Source: a virus
Length of the DNA stretch: 64,000 bases
Virus record (IMG/VR): IMGVR_UViG_3300045988_036168
Strand: one strand, 5' to 3'
The notes beneath the pieces are model-generated. The model ran no database searches. It saw only the letters and a list, made by a program, of their open reading frames with translations, and was not told the DNA's origin. A program made the position numbers and the translations under genes. Positions 42,881 through 50,040 of the stretch are shown here, piece by piece (position 1 is the stretch's first letter; each line of letters starts with the position of its first letter).

Positions 42881-43772
42881 GCACCGTCCGGTGCTCGCCG
42901 TCGTCTTCAACATAGGGGCGGTGGATGTCGAACCCGTGGTCGAGCATCACCTGCTGCACCGCATCGACAGCCTCGCCGATGTGGTACATATCCCAGTCGA
43001 ACTCGTCCTCGTCCTGTTCCAGAAGAACCAGCAGGAACCGGTACATAGCGTTGTCGATCTCGTCCAGACGCTCAATCTGGCGAGGCGACAGCTCTGCTCG
43101 GTCATCTTCGTCATCAGACTTGCCTTGCAGCACATCCTCCATCGCAGACGCCAGCTTGTTCAGCATCAGTTTGATGTCATCAGCATCCTTCACAAGCGTC
43201 TTGAGGTCAGGGACGCCGGACACCCGTCCCTGTGCTTCAATCCACATCTTGGCGTGTTCCTCAGCGTCGAAGCCATTCGCATAGGAACGAATCTCGCGCA
43301 CCATGTCGTCCGCGTTGCGGACGTCGCTCGCGCTGATGTCGAAAGAGAAATCTTCACCGGCGGGGCTGTTCTGGATGAACTCCCATTCGGTGTCGCTTTC
43401 GCGGACGCACCAGCCAAGCTCCTCGGCTTTATCGAGCAGATCGTCGATGTTCACGTCGTTCCCCAACTCACCGAGGTCAATCTCGATGACGGGCATCTCC
43501 TGGCTGAGGCCCACACAGTATTCGCACCAAGCGTCAGTCGGTTCGTCCGTGTCTTCGTCGTAATCGCAGAGGGCAAGGCTTTCGATGCCAGCGGCCTGCG
43601 CAATCTCGCGCATCACGTCTCCATAGCAGGAGCCGTTGCGCTCGAAGCCACGCATCCGCTCTTTGATGCTCTGCTCAATGTCGTCGGCCTGTTCCTGCGG
43701 AACGACCATAACGCTGTCCATCCAGCGGTTCATTTCGGATTTGCACCGAATGGCTACCATGTTTTCACTCAT
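42852..43772 (-). CDS. hypothetical strongly acidic protein (306 aa)
   Basis: ORF track; AGGAAAGGA RBS; D/E-rich runs (DYDEDTDEPTD, SDDEDDRAE, EQDEDEFDWD). Confidence 0.6.
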   Translation of the reverse strand: MSENMVAIRCKSEMNRWMDSVMVVPQEQADDIEQSIKERMRGFERNGSCYGDVMREIAQAAGIESLALCDYDEDTDEPTDAWCEYCVGLSQEMPVIEIDLGELGNDVNIDDLLDKAEELGWCVRESDTEWEFIQNSPAGEDFSFDISASDVRNADDMVREIRSYANGFDAEEHAKMWIEAQGRVSGVPDLKTLVKDADDIKLMLNKLASAMEDVLQGKSDDEDDRAELSPRQIERLDEIDNAMYRFLLVLLEQDEDEFDWDMYHIGEAVDAVQQVMLDHGFDIHRPYVEDDGEHRTVHEYERAGGR

Positions 43773-43955
43773 ATCGTCTGTCCTTTCCTACACATCCGCA
43801 TTGACGCGGACGTAATTTCAAATTAGCCGCATGGAAACCAACACCCGTAGAAGCCCCTGAGAGGCTCTGTATGGCACGTTTCCGTGCGGTGGTGAAAGTG
43901 TATGCTTTTCGCCGTAGAGCACGTTCTCGGTCTTGTGCGTCGGTTTTGGCAGGTG

Positions 43956-44240
43956 TTACGCCTTGCTGTTGGGACTGCTCAGTAGCTCCAGCTCTCTCTC
44001 GATGGTCTCGTCGAGCCTGTGCGAGAGGTTCTGGGTGAGCCACAAATCGGTCGGCGTGTACTCCGTAACATCTTCCCCAGTCTGCCGGTAGAAGCCATCC
44101 ATCGCCGCCTGACCCATGCCGTACTCAGCTCTGCTCTCTCGCCAAGCATCAGTCAGCTTGACCCGATGCCTCTGAAGCTGTTCGAGCGTCATCCGCCCGA
44201 TGTCCTCGGTAAGCAGCTTCCTCGCCTGTGCTATCTTCAT
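43956..44240 (-). CDS. hypothetical protein (94 aa)
   Basis: ORF track; AGGAGGAAG RBS. Confidence 0.6.
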   Translation of the reverse strand: MKIAQARKLLTEDIGRMTLEQLQRHRVKLTDAWRESRAEYGMGQAAMDGFYRQTGEDVTEYTPTDLWLTQNLSHRLDETIERELELLSSPNSKA

Positions 44241-44252
44241 CTGTGCTTCCTC

Positions 44253-44432
44253 CTACAAGATGCCGAGCTGCCGGTTACGGTTATGTACGTCAACGCCGAT
44301 CTCACCGATGGCGGCGAGCAGGTCGCGCTTCTCTTCTGTGTCGTTGGACTTCTCCCAGCGGTCGATAGCCTCCTTCAAGGCGTCGATGTAGCTGGCATTC
44401 GTGCGGAGCAACTCCACCGCCGTCTTATTCAT
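44253..44432 (-). CDS. small hypothetical protein (59 aa)
   Basis: One residue below the ORF-track cutoff. MNKTAVELLRTNASYIDALKEAIDRWEKS...; ATGA coupling with the upstream stop at 44429. Confidence 0.5.
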   Translation of the reverse strand: MNKTAVELLRTNASYIDALKEAIDRWEKSNDTEEKRDLLAAIGEIGVDVHNRNRQLGIL

Positions 44433-44803
44433 TCCGACGCCTCCATTTCATCGACCAGTTCCCACCGGGTCTTGTACTGCTTCTGGATTTTCCAGTCAAC
44501 GATGCGCATATCGTTGGCGGTGTCCTCGTCAATCACAATGTCGATGCCGAAGCCGCCACACATCTGCGTCTGGGTATGGGTGCCTTTGCTGCGTTCGCGG
44601 ATCAGCGCGTTCAGAGCATCGACTGCGGCCTGCTGGCTCTTGAACGTATGGCGGCCGACCCAGTTCATTTCCTGCCAGCCCTTCGCCATGTTCTCCAAAA
44701 TCCAGAACCCGCGGCCGCTGCGCTTCATCCACGCATCCTGATAGAGAACGCGCCATACCGGAATCAGTTCCACGCCGTCAACAACGATCTTCTTGTCTTC
44801 CAT
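44429..44803 (-). CDS. hypothetical protein (124 aa)
   Basis: ORF track 44429..45022 trimmed to MEDKKIVVDGVELIPV... after AAAGGAAG; the longer form is Arg/His-rich and overlaps the upstream gene. Confidence 0.5.
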   Translation of the reverse strand: MEDKKIVVDGVELIPVWRVLYQDAWMKRSGRGFWILENMAKGWQEMNWVGRHTFKSQQAAVDALNALIRERSKGTHTQTQMCGGFGIDIVIDEDTANDMRIVDWKIQKQYKTRWELVDEMEASE

Positions 44804-44805
44804 GT

Positions 44806-45066
44806 TTACGCTTCCTTTCTGGAGCAAAGCTCCGGTTGATACTGCAGAACCTCTTCGATGATGTGCTTGGCCTTGACGATGCCGAACTCCTGAAGAAGCT
44901 GCTGCGGCGTGTAGATGTCCGCCATCCTGACCGACCGGCGGCCGGTCGTGTACGCTTTCTTGAGCGCCGTCTTGCTGGTGTACTCGGTGCTGAACGCCCA
45001 GCGCATATACTCGGAACCGCACTGGTTGTTGCCGCTACGCTTGACGAAGTAATACGCCTTCCCCAT
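44806..45066 (-). CDS. hypothetical protein (86 aa)
   Basis: ORF track. Confidence 0.55.
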   Translation of the reverse strand: MGKAYYFVKRSGNNQCGSEYMRWAFSTEYTSKTALKKAYTTGRRSVRMADIYTPQQLLQEFGIVKAKHIIEEVLQYQPELCSRKEA

Positions 45067-45077
45067 AGCTGTTCTCC

Positions 45078-45305
45078 TTATCCGTAAATCTGAGTGACGA
45101 TCTCAACGCCGGCATTGATGGCTGCCGGGATGTCCGTCCCGAGCTGCCGGTAGAAGTCAGGATGAACAATGCACTCATAAGCTCTGCACATCGTATCTCT
45201 CTGCTCCGCCGTGATGTTGATGCGGAAACCCTTTGCAATCCGAAGGGCCTCTTTGAAGTTGCCCGCGGCTACGGCTTCGCGCACGATGTCAGATTTACGT
45301 TTCAT
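45078..45305 (-). CDS. hypothetical protein (75 aa), first gene after promoter cassette C
   Basis: ORF track; ~40-nt leader after the cassette C -10. Confidence 0.6.
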   Translation of the reverse strand: MKRKSDIVREAVAAGNFKEALRIAKGFRINITAEQRDTMCRAYECIVHPDFYRQLGTDIPAAINAGVEIVTQIYG

Positions 45306-45323
45306 GGTCTCCGTCCCTTTCTA

Positions 45324-45379
45324 ATTAGCCGGTTGGTTAATTTGTAACTTTATTATACTGCGATACCTACCTATGTCAA
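45324..45379 (-). promoter_or_regulatory. promoter cassette C: TTGACA-16 bp-TATAAT plus downstream 18-bp operator variant
   Basis: Minus-strand -35 at 45379-45374 and -10 at 45357-45352; operator ATTAGCCG-GT-TGGTTAAT at 45324-45341, 10 bp past the -10. Confidence 0.65.
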
Positions 45380-45447
45380 TATGTTTTCGTTAATTTTACA
45401 AATTATTTTTCTGTATCATATTCACATACGTTTATATTCGACAGGCA

Positions 45448-45479
45448 GAAAAAGACGGCCCCGGCACAAGGCCGAGGCC
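45448..45479 (-). terminator. intrinsic terminator after 45486..46013
   Basis: On the minus strand, a 9-bp stem GGCCTCGGC/GCCGGGGCC (one G-U pair) with a 5-nt loop, followed by G-TCTTTTTC. Confidence 0.55.
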
Positions 45480-45485
45480 GCCCAC

Positions 45486-46013
45486 TCACGCTTCTGCGGT
45501 CACTATGTACTTTTTGAGCTCAAGCAGCTCCAACAAAATCGCGTCGATTCGCCGGTTGATGGCGTCGCTTCCAGCTTTAGGGGGAGGTGTCGGCTTCTCG
45601 GGGACAGCTACCTGCGTCGGTGCTGGCAGCTCCGTCGGCGTCTGCTCGTCTGGCTTTCCCAGCTTACAGGCGAACACCTTGCCCTCGATCCATGCCCTCG
45701 TTTCCTTGCTGCATCCGAAGATGTCCAAAATCATCCGCCCGCAGCGTTCGGTCACGAAGTACATCGGCACAGACCGGCGGGATGCGCCACCCGTCTTCCC
45801 GTTGACCGGAAAAGGCAGTTTCACCAGCTTCACGTCGCTCTCGCTCTTTGCTTCGCGCTGGCACCACTTGGTCGGATAGGCGCAGCCACAGGCGGCCAGC
45901 AGATCCCGTGCCGCATACATCGTCTCGCCTTCGTTCAGGAGAACGCGGACTGCGCTTCCCTCCTGCTCCACAACGGCTACTCTGCCAATGAAGCTCTTGA
46001 CGGTCTCGCTCAT
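45486..46013 (-). CDS. hypothetical protein, possibly Bro-N/KilA-N-like (antirepressor-family) DNA-binding domain
   Basis: AVRVLLNEGETMYAARDLLAACGCAYPTKW...MYFVTERCGRMILDIFGCSKETRAWIEGKVF loosely follows the Bro-N/P22-Ant N-terminal pattern; Pro-rich linker and short C-terminal helix. Confidence 0.35.
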   Translation of the reverse strand: MSETVKSFIGRVAVVEQEGSAVRVLLNEGETMYAARDLLAACGCAYPTKWCQREAKSESDVKLVKLPFPVNGKTGGASRRSVPMYFVTERCGRMILDIFGCSKETRAWIEGKVFACKLGKPDEQTPTELPAPTQVAVPEKPTPPPKAGSDAINRRIDAILLELLELKKYIVTAEA

Positions 46014-46282
46014 ACCGCACCGCCTTTCTCCGCTTCACGGTTCGCAAAGTTCACCGCGAAGATGGCGTTGCAGACCTCCATGTGGCCGGCGAACTCTTCC
46101 ATCTCACCCATCAGCGCGTGAACTCTGTCCTTGATCTCGTAGAAGGCCAAGGCGCCTCTGTCCCTCTTCTCTGCCTCTCCCTCGGCCATGTCGAGGAAGT
46201 AGAAGTAGGTGGACTCGAACATCTCCAGAAATACATCCAGCTTTGCCGCGTCCGCTCTCAATTTGTCGGGGGTCGTCATCAT
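46010..46282 (-). CDS. hypothetical protein (90 aa), paralog of 19944..20216
   Basis: ORF track; GAAAGGAG RBS; preceded by a ~150-nt structured leader. Confidence 0.6.
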   Translation of the reverse strand: MMTTPDKLRADAAKLDVFLEMFESTYFYFLDMAEGEAEKRDRGALAFYEIKDRVHALMGEMEEFAGHMEVCNAIFAVNFANREAEKGGAV

Positions 46283-46307
46283 AAGTGTATTGCTCCTTTC
46301 GTCGTTC

Positions 46308-46336
46308 TTGACAGCGGCCGGCAGCCATGTTACACT
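46308..46336 (+). promoter_or_regulatory. plus-strand promoter TTGACA-17 bp-TACACT with extended TG, inside the leader of the minus-strand operon
   Basis: -35 at 46308-46313 and -10 at 46331-46336, preceded by TGT. Confidence 0.45.
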
Positions 46337-46342
46337 TACCTT

Positions 46343-46427
46343 GCTCAGAGGTGTGTAACGCAGTCACAGGTGGCTGCCGAACCGCCGGAACCCTTGGTGT
46401 TGCAAGCACTGAGGGTTCTTTTTTGTT
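46343..46427 (+). ncRNA. candidate ~85-nt cis-antisense RNA opposite the 5' leader of 46010..46282
   Basis: Starts ~7 nt after the plus-strand -10. Ends at the 7-bp hairpin GAACCCT/AGGGTTC (46388-46394 / 46412-46418) followed by TTTTTTGTTT. No plus-strand ORF with an RBS. Confidence 0.4.
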
Positions 46428-46439
46428 TCCTGTGATTTG

Positions 46440-46467
46440 ATTATAACATTTTACCTACCTAAAGCAA
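46440..46467 (-). promoter_or_regulatory. promoter E: TTGCTT-16 bp-TATAAT sharing the cassette spacer TAGGTAGGTAA
   Basis: Minus-strand -35 at 46467-46462 and -10 at 46445-46440; the spacer is homologous to cassettes A-D but there is no downstream operator. Confidence 0.5.
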
Positions 46468-46488
46468 GATAGGTGCGCGGTAATAACA

Positions 46489-46506
46489 TTTAACCGTTCG
46501 GATAAC
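46489..46506. promoter_or_regulatory. operator-like site TTTAACCG-TT-CGGATAAC upstream of promoter E
   Basis: Fits the 18-bp operator consensus with mismatches at the two outermost positions; lies ~22 bp upstream of the promoter E -35. Confidence 0.4.
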
Positions 46507-46509
46507 AGC

Positions 46510-46548
46510 AAAAACGCGAAAAAGCCCTGCGTCAGACGACGCGGGGCT
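46510..46548 (-). terminator. intrinsic terminator after the HTH gene 46578..46931
   Basis: 11-bp stem AGCCCTGCGTC/GACGCGGGGCT with one mismatch, followed on the minus strand by TTTTTCGCGTTTTT. Confidence 0.6.
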
Positions 46549-46577
46549 ATGCTCGTTTTTACGCTCATATACTTTGC

Positions 46578-46931
46578 CTATCTCTCTTTCAGAATGACCC
46601 CGGCCATCTCCGCAAGCATCTCAATCTGGGACGGTGTCGGATCGGACTCAGAAAAAATTTTTTGAATTTTTTCGGCCTCCGTGCCTTCCACGAGGTCTGG
46701 CAGGATATAATTCGGTGAAACTCGTAATTCGCGGCATAAAGTGGCGAATACCGGCAGGCTCGGCAACTTCTTTCCGCCCTCAATCTGGCGCAGATACGTC
46801 GAATTGATGTTGCAAGCCTCTGCCAGCTTCTCAGCCGTCAGGCCGCGGTCTTTTCGGGCTTTGTTGATTCTCGTTCCAAATAGCTTCTTGTCCACTTTTT
46901 GCTCCTCCAATAATGTATGCCGTCGGTTCAT
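46578..46931 (-). CDS. XRE-family HTH regulator divergent from the nuclease gene
   Basis: ORF track 46578..46946 trimmed to MNRRHTLLEEQ... after AGAGGTGG. HTH segment: LFGTRINKARKDRGLTAEKLAEACNINSTYLRQIEGGKKLPSLPVFATLCREL. Confidence 0.7.
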   Translation of the reverse strand: MNRRHTLLEEQKVDKKLFGTRINKARKDRGLTAEKLAEACNINSTYLRQIEGGKKLPSLPVFATLCRELRVSPNYILPDLVEGTEAEKIQKIFSESDPTPSQIEMLAEMAGVILKER

Positions 46932-46960
46932 ACCACCTCTTCTCATAGCTTACAGCCCCG

Positions 46961-46989
46961 TTGACGCTCACGAAATCCACTGTTAGAAT
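46961..46989 (+). promoter_or_regulatory. promoter of the nuclease gene: TTGACG-17 bp-TGT-TAGAAT (extended -10)
   Basis: -35 at 46961-46966 and -10 at 46984-46989 with TG at -15/-14. A divergent minus-strand TGG-TATAGT element for the HTH gene lies in the same 90-bp gap. Confidence 0.55.
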
Positions 46990-47037
46990 ATAGGCCATGA
47001 GCCAGTAGACTATACCACATGAACGGAGGATATTTTC

Positions 47038-48123
47038 ATGGGTCTTTCAGGGTCTAAACTCTACCGCCTTTCCGGTGGCACCGTCATCCCGGCCAGCGAG
47101 GCTCTATATCCCGCAGAGGCCGATCTTCAGCAGCTTATTGCAGAAAATCCGCAACTGCTGCTCAGCTCCCCCAATGAGGGCCAGCGCCTTTACCTGTTGC
47201 GTCGAGAACAGCCCGTGCGCGATGCTCCAGATGGGCCAGCCCTTTTCTCCATTGACCATCTCTTCATTGACCAAGACGGTCTTCCCGTGCTCGTCGAGGT
47301 GAAGCGGAGCACCGACACCAGAATCCGCCGCGAGGTCGTAGGCCAGATGCTCGACTACGCCTCCCGTATGCGGGCGTGGAGCGCCAGCGAACTCAGGTCG
47401 TCCGCGTCGCTTCTGGATGTTCCAGATGATCTATGGGCCGCTCTCGACGGCAATCTGAAGGCCGAGCGGATGCGGCTGATTTTCGCGGCAGACTCTATCC
47501 CTGGCTCCTTGGCCTCCATGATCGACTTCCTCGACCGCAGCATGGACGCTATCGAGGTCTGCGGCGTCGAGATTAAGCGGTACGTTTCCGAGGACGGTGC
47601 CGAGCTGATCTCCTCCACGATTGTCGGCGGTGGCAATTCGCCTGTCAAGCGGGCTGCCAGATACTCCACTATCTGGGACGCCGACAGCATGGCCGAGCAG
47701 CTCAACCAGCGCGAAAACTCAGCCATCGTTCCGGTTGTCGCCGCTCTCACATCGTTCGCCTCCAGCGCCGGTCTGCAGATCAGTTATGGCCGCGGGACGA
47801 AGTTTGGCGTGTGCAGGGCGCTTCGGAACGGCCGCAAGGTATTTAGTGTGACCTCGTGGGAAAAGGGCCATACGGGTCTCAGGACAGCCGTTGAGGTATC
47901 TTTACCGTCGTTGGTAGACCAGACCTGCGGCACGTTCGAGGAAGGTGCGCTACGCTCCATGCTCCTGACGTTCCCCGACGCTTCCCCAGCCGACGCCGAG
48001 CAATTCATCTTCGGCTCCAGCCAGTTCCAGTATATCGACCTGCGATTACTTGCAGAGCCATCAAACCTCTCGCATTTCCAGAACGCCATCACTCAAATCG
48101 TTCAGGCCATCCCTGAAGAATAA
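47038..48123 (+). CDS. NucS/DUF91-like PD-(D/E)xK nuclease-domain protein with unknown ~165-aa C-terminal domain
   Basis: SIDHLFIDQDGLPVLVEVKRSTDTRIRREVVGQMLDYA gives D73...E87-x-K89...Q103...Y107, as in NucS-type nucleases. ACGGAGGAT RBS. It is the only substantial plus-strand gene in 40 kb of minus-strand genes. Confidence 0.6.
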   Translation: MGLSGSKLYRLSGGTVIPASEALYPAEADLQQLIAENPQLLLSSPNEGQRLYLLRREQPVRDAPDGPALFSIDHLFIDQDGLPVLVEVKRSTDTRIRREVVGQMLDYASRMRAWSASELRSSASLLDVPDDLWAALDGNLKAERMRLIFAADSIPGSLASMIDFLDRSMDAIEVCGVEIKRYVSEDGAELISSTIVGGGNSPVKRAARYSTIWDADSMAEQLNQRENSAIVPVVAALTSFASSAGLQISYGRGTKFGVCRALRNGRKVFSVTSWEKGHTGLRTAVEVSLPSLVDQTCGTFEEGALRSMLLTFPDASPADAEQFIFGSSQFQYIDLRLLAEPSNLSHFQNAITQIVQAIPEE

Positions 48124-48127
48124 GAAA

Positions 48128-48168
48128 AGCGGCTACGCCCCGAAATGGAGCATAGCCGCTATTTTACT
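48128..48168. terminator. bidirectional terminator between the convergent nuclease and GIY-YIG genes
   Basis: 8-bp stem AGCGGCTA/TAGCCGCT (48128-48135 / 48153-48160); ATTTTACT after it on plus and TTTTCTTATTC after it on minus. Confidence 0.55.
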
Positions 48169-48245
48169 GCCCTCTGGAGCCGCTGGAACGTCGCAGAATG
48201 ATGGATTGTATGCCGGCGGCAACGTAAATCGACCTACGCTGGTCT

Positions 48246-48761
48246 TTACCGATGCCACAGCTCCTCGGAAACCTCGACCGACTCTTCTTTGAGTGCAGAG
48301 AGCCGTTCCTCGAACTCGTATTCCGTGATTTCGCCCGTCTTCCGCAGGCCGCGGAGTATCGAGATCTCCTGCGGGATCTCCGCATAGCGTTTCCGCAGGT
48401 GGTCAATGCGGGAGTCCTGCTTCGCAATCTCCTGCCGCCACCCTTCCCAGAGCGGCGTCGTGAACTCCTTCCATTCCAACTCAGGCAGCGTCACGCTCAG
48501 GTCATCCCTCGCCTTGTCGTCCACGTTCAGTGGCGGATGGAGCCGCAGGATGTAGTAGATCTCGTACAGGTTCATATCCGCTTCGCTCCCCAACTCCGCA
48601 TACTCGATCTTCGTCACCTGCTCTATGTTGACGGTGCGGTGCATCGGCTTGCTGAACAGGTGGCCGCGTATTCTGCTCTGCAGCGGCTGCTTGGTGCGGC
48701 CAACGTACACGAGGCAGCCCCCGTACCAGATCCGATAAATCAGGAACCCTTGCACCCTCAT
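48246..48761 (-). CDS. GIY-YIG nuclease-domain protein with C-terminal helical domain
   Basis: ORF track trimmed to MRVQGFLIYRIWYGGCLVYVGRTKQPLQSRIRGH...NLYEIYYILRLHPPLN (GIY...YVG...R..H...E...N pattern); ATGA coupling at 48758. Confidence 0.55.
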   Translation of the reverse strand: MRVQGFLIYRIWYGGCLVYVGRTKQPLQSRIRGHLFSKPMHRTVNIEQVTKIEYAELGSEADMNLYEIYYILRLHPPLNVDDKARDDLSVTLPELEWKEFTTPLWEGWRQEIAKQDSRIDHLRKRYAEIPQEISILRGLRKTGEITEYEFEERLSALKEESVEVSEELWHR

Positions 48762-48991
48762 TTGACGCACCTGAAACCAGCAAATTGTGCCAGACCCGCA
48801 CTCCCGTCCGGGCATTTGCAGGGAATGTGCATCGGCACGTTATTTCGCGTGAACGGGTTCGCTGCGAGCTGCTGATGCTGGATCACTTTGCCGAGCAGGG
48901 CCGGGAGCATTTCCGTCGGCACCTCCTGAGGCTGTGATCTGGACAACAGCCGACCGCACAACGGGCATTTGTAAACCGGCTGATACTTCAT
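48758..48991 (-). CDS. small Cys-containing protein (77 aa)
   Basis: ORF track 48758..49021 trimmed to MKYQPVYKCPLCGRLL... (ATGA coupling at 48988). Confidence 0.5.
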   Translation of the reverse strand: MKYQPVYKCPLCGRLLSRSQPQEVPTEMLPALLGKVIQHQQLAANPFTRNNVPMHIPCKCPDGSAGLAQFAGFRCVK

Positions 48992-49782
48992 TCCGCATAC
49001 CCCTCCGGTCGTTGCTCCCAATACGCAGAACGCTGCGCAATCGCCATGTCGATCAGCCAGAACTTTTCACGTTCATCCATCAGGACATCGACCGACCATT
49101 GCCCTGTCAGTCCTTGCACATCCCGCATTGCATCAGCGACCTTATCCTGAATGGCGTCCTTGAAGTGCGCGTACACGCCTTCCAATCTCTCTCGCTCATG
49201 CTCAAAAACGATCTTGTCGGTGGCATGGTACAGGTGCGGGTAAACGTAGTCGTAGTCCCAATAGTTCGCGGTGAAAATCGGCTCTCTGGTGTCGAAGTCG
49301 TAGAACACGCGGAACTCGGGCCGTAAGGGTAGGCCGTTGTAGATGCAAGGCGTCATCCCCACGGAACTTTCGATGAACTTTCGCACCACGATTTCGCCCG
49401 CGCCTTCTGCTCCGCAGCATATCGCCTCGTAGTTGATTAGGATGATCGCCCGGTACAGCTCATGCAGGCCGTACAGGTTGCACGTCCCATTCGCATTGAA
49501 CTTGTTGCTGAAGCGGCCATTCTTGACGAACACATGGCCGGTCAGCCCCATCTCTTTCAGCTTCGGGATGACGCGCTCCTCCAGATACACCTTGACAACC
49601 TCTTCGTCCTCCTTCGGGTGCTCCATGTAGAACGCCTCATAGAGCCGTTTCGCGTATTCCGGTTCCTTCTCCGCACTCGGCAGTTTCGTGTAGAACGTCA
49701 GCGGTGTCGGGATGCCGCAGTCCTTAATTTTCGGATACCAGAAGCTAAAGTCGTTCTCGTGTTCTCTCGTGTAGTCAAACAT
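48988..49782 (-). CDS. ATP-grasp-fold protein (phage R2K-like clade)
   Basis: ORF track trimmed to MFDYTREHEND... after AAAAGGAGGAGA. HVFVKNGRFSNKF, EIVVRKFIES, PEFRVFYDF and WSVDVLMDEREKFWLIDMAIAQRSAYW follow the ATP-grasp pattern. Confidence 0.5.
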   Translation of the reverse strand: MFDYTREHENDFSFWYPKIKDCGIPTPLTFYTKLPSAEKEPEYAKRLYEAFYMEHPKEDEEVVKVYLEERVIPKLKEMGLTGHVFVKNGRFSNKFNANGTCNLYGLHELYRAIILINYEAICCGAEGAGEIVVRKFIESSVGMTPCIYNGLPLRPEFRVFYDFDTREPIFTANYWDYDYVYPHLYHATDKIVFEHERERLEGVYAHFKDAIQDKVADAMRDVQGLTGQWSVDVLMDEREKFWLIDMAIAQRSAYWEQRPEGYAE

Positions 49783-50029
49783 CTTTTGTCTCCTCCTTTT
49801 CGTATTCGGTGAACTCCTCCGGCGTGTCGAGGAACTGCACTTGCTGGGCCTCCACCAGCCCAACCGTGCCATCCCGGCTTTCCAGTACGGCATAGGCGCC
49901 AGCAACAACACCACCGCCATGCCCGCCACGTAGGGGCGACGGCGGCACGATCTGCGAGATTTGCGTGAACCCGTGGAACAGGTAGAGCTCTTCGCCCACT
50001 TTGCACGGGCGCAGCTTGTTTGTGTTCAT
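49775..50029 (-). CDS. hypothetical protein (84 aa)
   Basis: ORF track. Confidence 0.55.
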   Translation of the reverse strand: MNTNKLRPCKVGEELYLFHGFTQISQIVPPSPLRGGHGGGVVAGAYAVLESRDGTVGLVEAQQVQFLDTPEEFTEYEKEETKDV

Positions 50030-50040
50030 TCTTGCCCTCC

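Noticed and set aside
43773-43955. 183-bp intergenic gap containing a half operator (ATTAGCCG at 43822-43829) and small hairpins
   Set aside because: I could not assemble a convincing -35/-10 pair, an intrinsic terminator or a conserved cassette here. I left it unannotated as a weak observation.
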